DNA of 43,851 bases from a virus. Positions 8,653 to 16,878 of the stretch are shown here, piece after piece. The position numbers and the translations under genes are program-made. The stretch lies in UHGV virus genome UHGV-0172791, one strand, 5' to 3'. Numbering within the stretch: position 1 is the first letter of the stretch; each line of letters begins with the position of its first letter. Under the pieces are notes generated by a model. That model worked only from the letters and a program-made list of their open reading frames with translations. It was not told the DNA's origin and did not search any database.

Positions 8653-8698
8653 ACGGAAGTATACACATTAAATATTAATCGAGTGTCTATACTTCCGT
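8653..8698. other. Candidate attP: 46-bp imperfect palindrome with perfect 11-bp inverted arms, abutting the 3' end of the serine integrase gene
   Basis: ACGGAAGTATA-cacattaaatat|taatcgagtgtc-TATACTTCCGT; symmetric about a central AT|TA; not followed by a U-tract on the minus strand so not a plain int terminator. Confidence 0.35.
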
Positions 8699-8705
8699 AC
8701 ATAAG

Positions 8706-10085
8706 TTAATAAAATTCTATATCGTTTATTTTAATAGAATGCCTGTTTTTAAGTTTTACATAATCTATGTCGATAGACTTAATAGCCATCTTAATAAAAT
8801 CTGCTTTATCTTCTAACGAGAATATCTTCCATGATTCCAACAATGCATTCTTGAATTTTTTTATCTTAGCTACATCTAGTGTTTTACTTGGAACTAATTC
8901 TTTTTGTTTTTCATATTCTGCGATTGTTTCGTCTGTTTCTTTAATCAATTCAAATAATTCTTCTTCTTGCATTAACCCTTTAGCATATAATTTATGATAC
9001 CTTTTACGTTGTTCCATAATTTTGTCTATATCAATAGTAACGACATCATCTTTTTGTTTTGTCTTTACCTCGTATTCTTCTAAGTCTAATTTAGATAGGT
9101 AATCGCGAAAAACTCTTAAAGCTTCATTTTCTGCAAAACCGAAACTTTCCTTTTTAACTTTACATGTGTTGCAATAATACGTTTTATAGGTAACATAACC
9201 TTTCTTTCTCTTTCTGGTTGCTGTGTTCATTGTTAATGTACCACCACATTTTGGGCAAATAAATTTACCTCTGAATACTGATACATGACTGACTATTTTA
9301 GTGTTGATTCTTTCTTCTAATCTTTCTTTTATTTGTTGATACATTTCTTCGGTAATAATAGGCTCGTGAGAGTTTTCTATAAATACATCTCCCCAAGTAT
9401 AATGACCTCTTGTAATAGGGCTTCTTAGCGCTCTCGTTATTGTTCTATCTTCCCACCTTTTGCCATTAGGAGGTGGTATATCTGAATCGTTTAATTTTCT
9501 AGCTATAGCTTTTGAACTATTACCTTTCATCACTTCGTCATATGCCCACAAAACTACTTTTTTATAATCATTAGGAATATAAGTGTTATCTACACGATCA
9601 TAATAAAAGGGTGGTGGTGTAAGTATCATGCCTTGTTTAATCGCTGCGCGTTTACCCATCATTACTCGTTCTCTAATCGTTTCACGTTCCCACTCTGCCA
9701 TAGCGCCAACTAATGTAACAAACAGTCTACCCATAGCTGTAGATGTATCATAAACTTCAGTAGCACTTCTGAATGCTACGTTATTCTGTTCAAATATCTC
9801 TAGTAAGTCCAATAAGTCACGTACATTACGTGTAAGCCTATCTAACTTGTACACTAAAACTAAATCAAACCGTTTAATATCGTTCATCATTCGTTGTAAT
9901 TCTGGTCGTTCACGTTTAGCACCAGAGAAACCAGCGTCGATAAATACGTCCGATACACTCCAGTCGTTTATCTCGCAAAATGATTTGAGCTTTCTTTCTT
10001 GTTCTTCAATAGAATAACCGTGCTCTTTTTGTTCTAATGTACTGACCTGACACGAACGTAAATAGCTACGTTCATAATTCATCAC
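8706..10085 (-). CDS. int: Large serine recombinase (phage integrase)
   Basis: N-terminal resolvase-type catalytic domain (..SCQVSTLEQ..DVFIDAGFSGAKRERPELQRM..DLVLVYKLDRLTRNVRDLLDL..), central recombinase domain, zinc ribbon CPKCGG...CNTC, C-terminal coiled coil; 459 aa. Confidence 0.9.
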   Translation of the reverse strand: MMNYERSYLRSCQVSTLEQKEHGYSIEEQERKLKSFCEINDWSVSDVFIDAGFSGAKRERPELQRMMNDIKRFDLVLVYKLDRLTRNVRDLLDLLEIFEQNNVAFRSATEVYDTSTAMGRLFVTLVGAMAEWERETIRERVMMGKRAAIKQGMILTPPPFYYDRVDNTYIPNDYKKVVLWAYDEVMKGNSSKAIARKLNDSDIPPPNGKRWEDRTITRALRSPITRGHYTWGDVFIENSHEPIITEEMYQQIKERLEERINTKIVSHVSVFRGKFICPKCGGTLTMNTATRKRKKGYVTYKTYYCNTCKVKKESFGFAENEALRVFRDYLSKLDLEEYEVKTKQKDDVVTIDIDKIMEQRKRYHKLYAKGLMQEEELFELIKETDETIAEYEKQKELVPSKTLDVAKIKKFKNALLESWKIFSLEDKADFIKMAIKSIDIDYVKLKNRHSIKINDIEFY

Positions 10086-10134
10086 TCCCTAAAAAAAGTA
10101 AAAAATAATAAGGGTAGGCGTGCTACCCATAAAA

Positions 10135-10719
10135 TTATTCTGCTGGTGTATTTTGTACTTCTTGTTGTCGTTTAGCCCAACTTTCATAACCTTCATTTTT
10201 TCCTACCCAATATGGACCACCTACATGTGCGTTTGGATTGTCCCAAACCTTTTCGCTTTCTTTACGTGCTTGTTCATAATCTGCGCGACCATATCCCATT
10301 TGCGACTCATCATGCGTAGTAGGTTTTGTTCTATTCCATTCATCGATTTCAGCTTGCGACATATAACCGTTATTATTTTGCGCTTGTTGGTTATTGCTTT
10401 GTTGTTGAGTCGTTTGTTTTCCTTGTATGCGTTCATTGTTGCCATTGTTATCTTGTGCTTTACCATTATCATTTTTAGATGTGCTTTCTGATTCGTTGTT
10501 AGTAGTGTCGTCACTATTATTTTTTGATTCAGATTGTTTCTCGTCTTTAGAATCAACTTTCTTATCATCTGATTTTTTATCTTTCTTTGTATCGTTAGAC
10601 TTTTTATTTGATTTACTTTCTGATTTGTTATTATCATCTTTATTTGGTTTGTGTTCGTCTTGTCCACATGCACCTAACACTAATAAACTTGCAAATATTA
10701 AAAATAAAACCTTTTTCAT
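10135..10719 (-). CDS. Lipoprotein with K/D/S/N/Q-rich low-complexity region (194 aa)
   Basis: Signal peptide MKKVLFLIFASLLVLGACG with lipobox LGAC; long charged low-complexity linker; C-terminal ~50 aa aromatic-rich domain (GGPYWVGKNEGYESWAKRQ). Confidence 0.7.
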   Translation of the reverse strand: MKKVLFLIFASLLVLGACGQDEHKPNKDDNNKSESKSNKKSNDTKKDKKSDDKKVDSKDEKQSESKNNSDDTTNNESESTSKNDNGKAQDNNGNNERIQGKQTTQQQSNNQQAQNNNGYMSQAEIDEWNRTKPTTHDESQMGYGRADYEQARKESEKVWDNPNAHVGGPYWVGKNEGYESWAKRQQEVQNTPAE

Positions 10720-10732
10720 TCTACATTTCTCC

Positions 10733-10876
10733 TTAAAATATTGATGTGAAAATCCATTTTAAAAGTTCCCAAATCATCATGATTGCAAAAATAAAACCTA
10801 AACAACCTATCCCCATTCCCGGAATAGCTAATAAACACGTATAAAAATTAGTGCAACCGTCGTTTTGTTTTGGCAA
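10733..10876 (-). CDS. Possible small membrane peptide (47 aa, TTG start), doubtful
   Basis: RBS AGGAGA 9 nt upstream of TTG; ..AIPGMGIGCLGFIFAIMMIWELLKWIF hydrophobic; stop overlaps lipoprotein RBS. Confidence 0.25.
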   Translation of the reverse strand: MPKQNDGCTNFYTCLLAIPGMGIGCLGFIFAIMMIWELLKWIFTSIF

Positions 10877-10894
10877 ATTTACATTTCTCCTTTT

Positions 10895-11356
10895 TTATAT
10901 TTCTTTATATTTAAAAACCCTCAACGGATCAAATGTAATTAGGTATTCTCCGTAATGAGTTCCAATACCATATTTATTTTTGTAATGATTCAATATTTCT
11001 GTTATATACTTTTCGCTTAATTGAACGTATTCAGCTAATTCATACAAGTTACTAACACCATAGTTATGCGCCTCCACAATAATGCGCAAAGGTAGGGCGG
11101 CTTCATATCCGTAACGCCTAGCATAGTTTTCAAATTTACGGTTTATATCTTTAGATTGATCTAAGATGTTTCCATATGTAAGTTTATGATGTGCTAGTTC
11201 TTCGTATAAAACTTCGGCTTTGCGTATTTCTGATAAGTTTTGTTTAATTAAAATTAAATCGCCTAACCATAGACCGTGTAGGTTGTTAGGCATAACATTT
11301 GTCTCTCTGATTTCTATATAATCATGTTCTATTAACATTTTTTCATATAACCCCAT
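10895..11356 (-). CDS. ImmA/IrrE-family metallopeptidase (anti-repressor protease partner of cI)
   Basis: HEXXH motif in YEELAHHKL; 153 aa; directly downstream of cI-like repressor in same orientation. Confidence 0.8.
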   Translation of the reverse strand: MGLYEKMLIEHDYIEIRETNVMPNNLHGLWLGDLILIKQNLSEIRKAEVLYEELAHHKLTYGNILDQSKDINRKFENYARRYGYEAALPLRIIVEAHNYGVSNLYELAEYVQLSEKYITEILNHYKNKYGIGTHYGEYLITFDPLRVFKYKEI

Positions 11357-11367
11357 AAAAACACCCT

Positions 11368-11694
11368 TTATTTGCGTTTACTTCTTATATAATCTGCATA
11401 ATCTAATACACGTTGCCATTCATCATCTGTTAATTCAGCTTCAAGATGAGCTGCACGATGTTGTACTTCGGTTTCTGGTTGTTTATTTTTTAGTAATAAA
11501 CTTTCTGGGGTAACATTCAATGCGTTTGCGATTTCAGCTATATCTTCCATAGGTATTTTTCTACTACCATTTTCATATCTTGATAATGTAGATTTATTAA
11601 CACCTATTTTAGTTGCAAAATCAGTTAAATTTATATTGTTCTCTTTACGTAGCTGTTTTATTAATTTACCTATTTCTGCTGAAGTTCTCATTTT
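11368..11694 (-). CDS. cI-like repressor, XRE-family HTH (start at MRTSAEIGK, 108 aa)
   Basis: LTDFATKIGVNKSTLSRYENGSRKIPMEDIAEIANAL HTH_XRE; RBS GGAGGT 9 nt before ATG at 11692; longer ORF-track N-terminus lacks RBS. Confidence 0.85.
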   Translation of the reverse strand, partial: KMRTSAEIGKLIKQLRKENNINLTDFATKIGVNKSTLSRYENGSRKIPMEDIAEIANALNVTPESLLLKNKQPETEVQHRAAHLEAELTDDEWQRVLDYADYIRSKRK

Positions 11695-11795
11695 AAATTT
11701 ACCTCCGTTTTGTCTATAACAGTATATTATCACTTTTCCATATAGGAAACAACAAGTATTTTAAGAAAATAAAAAATATTTTTTCAGGATTATTG

Positions 11796-11824
11796 TTGAC
11801 AATTAGGAAACTAGAGTTTAAGAT
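11796..11824 (+). promoter_or_regulatory. Early rightward promoter (cro) in divergent cI/cro intergenic region
   Basis: TTGACA (11796-11801), 17-nt spacer, TAAGAT (11819-11824); repeated TAGGAAAC motifs at 11741 and 11803 are candidate operators. Confidence 0.5.
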
Positions 11825-11854
11825 TGAGTTAACTTCAAAAAAGGAGGTGACAAA

Positions 11855-12103
11855 ATGTATGAGTTCAACATTAAAAGAATGAAGGCTGAACGCATTGCTA
11901 AAGGCATTTCTCTTTCGGAGATGGCAGAAAAATTAGAAATGACTCCAGGTACTTATTCAAAAAAAGAAAACGGACATATTAGAATTAACGTTGACGATTT
12001 AGCAAAAATTATCGAAGTATTAGAATTACCACAAGATAAGTGCGGTATTTTTTTTACACATGTAGTTTCCAAAACGTCAACAAAAGAACACCAAACAACT
12101 TAA
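11855..12103 (+). CDS. Cro-like HTH regulator
   Basis: ERIAKGISLSEMAEKLEMTPGTYSKKENG HTH_XRE; divergent from cI; RBS AAGGAGGTGA. Confidence 0.75.
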   Translation: MYEFNIKRMKAERIAKGISLSEMAEKLEMTPGTYSKKENGHIRINVDDLAKIIEVLELPQDKCGIFFTHVVSKTSTKEHQTT

Positions 12104-12119
12104 TAAGGAGGAATTCAAA

Positions 12120-12281
12120 TGCGAGATTTAAAAAAGATACATGAGATAGCAATCAAAATTATCGAATTAGCAGAAAAAGAAAAATGGAGTGAAGAGGAAT
12201 TACTAAAAACGATAGACCTCTTACATCTCCAAAATGAAAACACGTTATCTTTGACTGTTGATGGCCAAAAAATTATTTAGG
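12120..12281 (+). CDS. Small hypothetical protein (53 aa)
   Basis: RBS TAAGGAGG 7 nt before ATG; MRDLKKIHEIAIKIIELAEKEKWSEEELLKTIDLLHLQNENTLSLTVDGQKII. Confidence 0.35.
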
Positions 12282-12521
12282 GTTTTTGGTATTCATATCA
12301 ACATCAAAAGTTAAAGAGTTTTCATCAACCAAAATTAATCGGTGACTTGAACGCATATCAATATTATTGCCATCAACGTGGATTGTTACGATCAATCCGT
12401 TTTCGTAAGTTAATTGAACACCTTTGCTACCATCTTCAAATTTACCTGGTGTTTCTTCAAACTTACCGGCATTTCTAACATTGATACTAAGGTTGTAGTT
12501 ACTTTTCAATCTTACCTCCAC
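12273..12521 (-). CDS. Hypothetical protein (82 aa), opposite orientation to the early operon (moron-like)
   Basis: RBS GGAGGT; own extended -10 promoter (see 12547..12562); beta-rich sequence, no recognisable motif. Confidence 0.5.
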   Translation of the reverse strand: MEVRLKSNYNLSINVRNAGKFEETPGKFEDGSKGVQLTYENGLIVTIHVDGNNIDMRSSHRLILVDENSLTFDVDMNTKNPK

Positions 12522-12546
12522 CCACTATCGCAGTAGCGATAAATAA

Positions 12547-12562
12547 ATTATACACGAAAGGA
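12547..12562 (-). promoter_or_regulatory. Duplicated 16-mer ATTATACACGAAAGGA; reverse complement carries TGTATAAT (-10 hexamer TATAAT with adjacent TG) for the minus-strand gene, while AAAGGA serves as RBS for the plus-strand gene
   Basis: Identical 16-mer also at 13768..13783 in the same architectural context. Confidence 0.4.
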
Positions 12563-12573
12563 GCATAAACAAT

Positions 12574-13347
12574 ATGCAAGATTTACAAGTAGTAGAACAT
12601 AATAACGAGTTTTACGTAGATAGTCGAGAAGTAGCAGAAATGGTTGATAAACAACATAAAAATTTAATAAGGGATATAGATAATTACGAAAGTGTATTAT
12701 TACAAAGCTCAAAATTGAGCCCTGAAGATTACTTTGTAGAATCGAGATATTTAGGAGAAAACGGCAGGTATACAAAACATTATCTACTAACTAAAAAAGG
12801 TTGTGACATGGTAGCAAATAAAATGACTGGTTCAAAAGGTGTTTTATTTACAGCAATGTATGTAGACGCATTCCATAAAATGGACGAACACATCAAGCAA
12901 TCTCAACTGAATGTACCACAAACACCAATGCAAGCATTAGAAATGATGTTCAAAGTACAGAAAGACCAAGAACAATTTAATAAAGAAATGAAACGTGAAA
13001 TCACTGGAATTAGAAATATTGTAGGTATTGAAACTAAGAATTGGCGTAACGATACTAACAAAATGCTAGGTGCGATAGCACAACATTTGGGTGGTGGAGA
13101 GAAACATCAGAAAGTAAGAATTGAGGCTTACAAGTTACTTGAAGAAAAAGGACGTTGCAAGTTAGAGCAACGATTAAATAATCGCAAAGCAAAAATGCTT
13201 TCACAAGGTGCGACTAAGTCACAGATTAATAAACTTTCAAAATTAGATGTAATTACTGATGAACCAAGATTGATTGAAATTTATATTTCAGTGATTAAGA
13301 GTATGGCAATCAAATATGGCGTAGACGTAAGTCAATTTGAAATATAA
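12574..13347 (+). CDS. Phage antirepressor (Rha / pRha N-terminal domain, KilAC-like C-terminus)
   Basis: MQDLQVVEHNNEFYVDSREVAEMVDKQHKNLIRDI typical Phage_pRha N-terminus; 257 aa. Confidence 0.75.
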   Translation: MQDLQVVEHNNEFYVDSREVAEMVDKQHKNLIRDIDNYESVLLQSSKLSPEDYFVESRYLGENGRYTKHYLLTKKGCDMVANKMTGSKGVLFTAMYVDAFHKMDEHIKQSQLNVPQTPMQALEMMFKVQKDQEQFNKEMKREITGIRNIVGIETKNWRNDTNKMLGAIAQHLGGGEKHQKVRIEAYKLLEEKGRCKLEQRLNNRKAKMLSQGATKSQINKLSKLDVITDEPRLIEIYISVIKSMAIKYGVDVSQFEI

Positions 13348-13383
13348 CCCATAATCGAACAAACAAATTAAGGAGTGAACGGA

Positions 13384-13578
13384 ATGAACAAGCTATACAA
13401 AACAACCCTCCTCATCTCAATGGCAGTTGTGACGTGGAAGGTTACAAAAATCGAAAGCTATTTAAAACCAAAAATGATTGATATGTCTTTATCTAAATCG
13501 CGAGCTAATCAGTATCAACAGACAAGAAGGTTTTTAAACTCTCTTTCAAAAGTCGTTCAGAACGATATTGAGAATTAA
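13384..13578 (+). CDS. Hypothetical small protein (64 aa, ATG at 13384; GTG 13375 possible)
   Basis: RBS AAGGAG 9 nt upstream; hydrophobic N-terminal segment LLISMAVVTWKV; 3' end overlaps convergent minus-strand ORF. Confidence 0.35.
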   Translation: MNKLYKTTLLISMAVVTWKVTKIESYLKPKMIDMSLSKSRANQYQQTRRFLNSLSKVVQNDIEN

Positions 13579-13735
13579 GTAAATGATAGAAAACATCTTT
13601 TGTTTCTTCAGAATAACTAGAGTAATTTTCTTCGATGTGATTATTTAACTTATCTTGAAAATCTAAAGAATCGATCTCACTGTCAACTTTATTTTCAATT
13701 GCACGAAATTTGGTTTCAAACTCAGTTTTATCCAT
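13505..13735 (-). CDS. Hypothetical acidic protein (about 76 aa from MDKTEF), opposite orientation (moron-like)
   Basis: RBS GGGAGGTG; strongly D/E-rich; own -10 (reverse complement of 13768..13783). Confidence 0.45.
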   Translation of the reverse strand: MDKTEFETKFRAIENKVDSEIDSLDFQDKLNNHIEENYSSYSEETKDVFYHLLNSQYRSERLLKESLKTFLSVDTD

Positions 13736-13767
13736 ACCCATCACCTCCCTTCATTAAGGGATAACCA

Positions 13768-13783
13768 TATTATACACGAAAGG
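13768..13783 (-). promoter_or_regulatory. Second copy of the 16-mer ATTATACACGAAAGGA (minus-strand TGTATAAT promoter / plus-strand RBS)
   Basis: Exact repeat of 12547..12562; preceded by a small hairpin CCCTT-catt-AAGGG. Confidence 0.4.
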
Positions 13784-13885
13784 AATGGTTTTTATGCCAC
13801 CGCACATTCAACAAATGTTATTTGATTTCGCATTAGAAAGAGGATATATCGAAAAACTTTTAAAAATGAAAGAAGAGGATGTTAA

Positions 13886-14062
13886 ATGAAATATCTATTA
13901 AGTTATATGTCAATGTTCATCGCAATGATCATCACAACAGTTTTAGGAGGTGGTTTCTTTACGGTAATATCATTTTCAATGTTAACCCTTATCTTTAGCA
14001 CATTCTTCTGGGAGAAGTGGCTTGAGATAACAAAAAAGACTGAAACTTGCACCAACAAGTAA
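13886..14062 (+). CDS. Small membrane protein (58 aa)
   Basis: MKYLLSYMSMFIAMIITTVLGGGFFTVISFSMLTLIFSTFFW, two hydrophobic helices; start abuts stop of a 30-aa upstream ORF (13793..13885). Confidence 0.35.
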   Translation: MKYLLSYMSMFIAMIITTVLGGGFFTVISFSMLTLIFSTFFWEKWLEITKKTETCTNK

Positions 14063-14126
14063 CAGTCAAAGAATTTGCAAATAAATATGTACTTAAAATT
14101 TACAACTAAATAAGGAGGTCGTCAAG

Positions 14127-14381
14127 TTGAAACACAAGTTAATAAAAATTGCTAACGACTTAAATACATTAATTATGCACAGTAAAGAAAATGTTGAATG
14201 TTCTTTACAAACAGGTGTTTGTGAAGATGAAGTGATTTTATTCTTCCATCATTACTCAGATGAGTATAACGCAGAAGTTAAAAATATTTTATTCGCTGAA
14301 TATCATACATCAGAAGCACTTCATGACAAATTCGAACTAGCTAAAAAGGTAATTGCAGGGGAGTGTTTTATTGATGAGTAA
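14127..14381 (+). CDS. Hypothetical protein (84 aa, TTG start)
   Basis: RBS AAGGAGG 7 nt before TTG. Confidence 0.4.
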   Translation: MKHKLIKIANDLNTLIMHSKENVECSLQTGVCEDEVILFFHHYSDEYNAEVKNILFAEYHTSEALHDKFELAKKVIAGECFIDE

Positions 14382-14859
14382 TTTATTCGAATTAAAAAAT
14401 AGTTACCAACAAGTTTACGACCTTATTGCAGAACAAGAAGACGAACAAATTTTAAAAGATACTTTATCAAGTATTAATGACGCTATCGAAGATAAAGCAG
14501 ATGGATATGTAGCAGTCATTAAGTCTTTAGAAGCAGATAACAATGCTATAGACGAAGAAATAAAACGATTAAGACAACGTAAAACTTCTAACCAAAACGG
14601 TGTCAAACGTTTAAAAGAAAGTTTACAGGAAGTCATGGAACAAACTGGAAAAGAGAAGTTCAAAACTGCGCTTAATTCGTACAGCATTGCTAACAACCCA
14701 CCTAGCTTAGATGTCACAGATGAAAGTTTAATACCTAAACAATATTACGTCGAACAAGAACCTAAGCTAGATAAAAAAGAGTTGTTGAAAGCTGTTAAAG
14801 GTGGTTTAGAACTCAAAGGAGTAGAACTAAAACAAAATAGAAGTTTGAGGGTGAGATAG
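14353..14859 (+). CDS. Siphovirus Gp157-like protein
   Basis: Position at head of replication/recombination module; coiled-coil acidic protein of typical Gp157 length (168 aa). Confidence 0.5.
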   Translation: MQGSVLLMSNLFELKNSYQQVYDLIAEQEDEQILKDTLSSINDAIEDKADGYVAVIKSLEADNNAIDEEIKRLRQRKTSNQNGVKRLKESLQEVMEQTGKEKFKTALNSYSIANNPPSLDVTDESLIPKQYYVEQEPKLDKKELLKAVKGGLELKGVELKQNRSLRVR

Positions 14860-15636
14860 ATGAGTGAAGAAAAACAAGAACAGGATATCTTAAGCCAACT
14901 TGGTGTGAAAGACATCAGCAAGCAAAACGCTAATAAATTTTACAAATTTGCCATATACGGAAAATTCGGTACAGGTAAAACAACCTTTTTAACTAAAGAC
15001 AATAACGCACTTGTGCTCGACATTAATGAAGATGGAACAACAGTTACAGAAGATGGTGCAGTGGTACAAATTAAAAACTACAAACACTTTGCTTATGTAA
15101 TAAAAATGTTACCTCAAGTAATTGAGAAACTAAGAGAAAACGGAAAACAAATAGATGTAGTAGTGATTGAAACAATACAGAAACTACGCGATATCACTAT
15201 TGACGACATCATGAACGGTAAGACTAAGAAACCGACATTTAATGATTGGGGAGAATGTGCGACACGCATTGTGCATATGTACAGATATGTTTCTAAGTTA
15301 CAAGAACAATATCAATTTCATTTGGCAATAAGCGGTCATGAAGGTATCAACAAAGATAAAGACGATGAAGGCAGTACGATTAATCCCACTATCACGATTG
15401 AGGCACAAGATCAAATAAGAAAAGCAGTTGTAAGTCAATCAGATGTTTTAGCAAGAATGACTATCGAAGAACATGAGGAAAACGGACAAAAGTCATACGA
15501 GTATGTACTTAACGCTGAACCCTCTAACTTGTTTGAAACAAAAATCAGGCATGCAAGCAATATAACAATTAACAATAAGAAATTTGTAAACCCTAGCATT
15601 ACGGACGTAGTACAAGCAATCAGAAATGGAAATTAA
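14860..15636 (+). CDS. RecA-like AAA ATPase (Sak4-type recombination protein)
   Basis: Walker A GKFGTGKTT; Walker B VVVIET; 258 aa. Confidence 0.7.
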   Translation: MSEEKQEQDILSQLGVKDISKQNANKFYKFAIYGKFGTGKTTFLTKDNNALVLDINEDGTTVTEDGAVVQIKNYKHFAYVIKMLPQVIEKLRENGKQIDVVVIETIQKLRDITIDDIMNGKTKKPTFNDWGECATRIVHMYRYVSKLQEQYQFHLAISGHEGINKDKDDEGSTINPTITIEAQDQIRKAVVSQSDVLARMTIEEHEENGQKSYEYVLNAEPSNLFETKIRHASNITINNKKFVNPSITDVVQAIRNGN

Positions 15637-15664
15637 AAATAACTAATAAGGACGGTAATTAATT

Positions 15665-16189
15665 ATGAACTTTAATTTAAATTTACAAGGCGCACAAGAA
15701 TTAGGTAACTACATGCAACCAGGACAATACAGTGTGAAAGTTAAAAACTTCGAAAGCAAAGAGAGTAAGAATGGACACCCGCAATTAGCGATCACATTCG
15801 CACATAAAGAAGAAGGAGAATTCACTCACTACGCTAATGGCGATACTTCTAATGATTTCGCTAAAAACTGGTTATACACATTCTTAAAATCAATAGGAAT
15901 CCAAGATAATAACGGACAATTCAGCTTTACTGAAAGGGATGTAATTGGAAAACCAATCAATATTGAACTTGAACGTAAATATAATGACTACACAGAAAAA
16001 TGGAACACAGTTTTAAAACGTTTTTGGAAATTTGATGGAAATCCAGTATATGAAAAAGTTGGGATTAAAGAGAACGAGAAAAACGAAGGTAATGAGCAAT
16101 CAGTCAAACCAAGTGTTAATGACAATAGCAATCCTTTTGGTAATGCTAATGGACCTATTGATATACAAGATTCAGATCTCCCGTTCTGA
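15665..16189 (+). CDS. Hypothetical phage replication-module protein (174 aa; possibly ssDNA-binding)
   Basis: Conserved position after Sak4-like ATPase. Confidence 0.4.
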   Translation: MNFNLNLQGAQELGNYMQPGQYSVKVKNFESKESKNGHPQLAITFAHKEEGEFTHYANGDTSNDFAKNWLYTFLKSIGIQDNNGQFSFTERDVIGKPINIELERKYNDYTEKWNTVLKRFWKFDGNPVYEKVGIKENEKNEGNEQSVKPSVNDNSNPFGNANGPIDIQDSDLPF

Positions 16190-16203
16190 TTGGGTTGATA
16201 TAA

Positions 16204-16878
16204 GTGTCAAAGATTATCAAATATAACCAAAGAGAAGATGGTTTGTATGATGTTGTAATTACTGGTATAGAAGTGCCAGAACAAGCTATTGATTTATTAA
16301 ATATAGGCCAGCCTGTTGATGTTGATTGTTCAGTGATAGATCCAAACTCTATCACTGGCAAACAACGTAGGTTGATATTTGCATTATGTAACGACATAGA
16401 AGCGCATACAGGACAACCTAGAGATTATATGAGGCAAATGTTCCAAGATTATGTGAAGTTTTTATATGGATATGAACAGCGAATTTCATTAGCTGATTGT
16501 ACAAGAACGATTGCTAAACAAATTATAAATGTAATGTTCGAATGGATATTCACTAATGGAATACCACTTAATTACAAAACAAGCGAAATGATGAAAGAAG
16601 ATAAAAATTATCTCTATTGGGCAACTGTTACAAGACATTGTGTAATATGTGGTCAACCTAATTCAGACCTAGCACACTTAGAAGCAGTTGGTAGAGGAAT
16701 GAACAGGAATAAGATGAACCACTATGATAAACACGTTTTAGCGTTATGTCGTAAACATCATACAACGCAGCACCAAATGGGGATAGAAAGTTTTAATAAT
16801 TACTACCATTTACAAAACAGTTGGATCAAAGTTGATGAGCGCTTAAACAAAATGTTGAAAGGAGTAAAGAGTAAATGA
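16204..16878 (+). CDS. Phage protein with C-terminal Cys/His HNH-like zinc-binding motif (DUF968-like)
   Basis: CVICGQPNSDLAHLEAVGRGMNRNKMNHYDKHVLALCRKHHTTQH. Confidence 0.5.
   Translation: MSKIIKYNQREDGLYDVVITGIEVPEQAIDLLNIGQPVDVDCSVIDPNSITGKQRRLIFALCNDIEAHTGQPRDYMRQMFQDYVKFLYGYEQRISLADCTRTIAKQIINVMFEWIFTNGIPLNYKTSEMMKEDKNYLYWATVTRHCVICGQPNSDLAHLEAVGRGMNRNKMNHYDKHVLALCRKHHTTQHQMGIESFNNYYHLQNSWIKVDERLNKMLKGVKSK

Noticed and set aside
8653-8698. Reading the palindrome simply as the int transcription terminator
   Set aside because: On the int strand it is not followed by a U-run, while the adjacent hairpin 8624-8652 already provides U-tracts in both directions. Kept as attP candidate but with low feature confidence.
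10120-10491. 123-aa plus-strand ORF (MLPIKLFCW...) antisense to the lipoprotein gene
   Set aside because: Hydrophobic low-complexity translation of the antisense strand of a well-supported gene; no RBS.
11368-11733. Extended N-terminus (MIIYCYRQNGGKFK) of the cI-like repressor
   Set aside because: The RBS GGAGGT sits 9 nt upstream of the internal ATG at 11692. The extension has no RBS and runs into the operator region.
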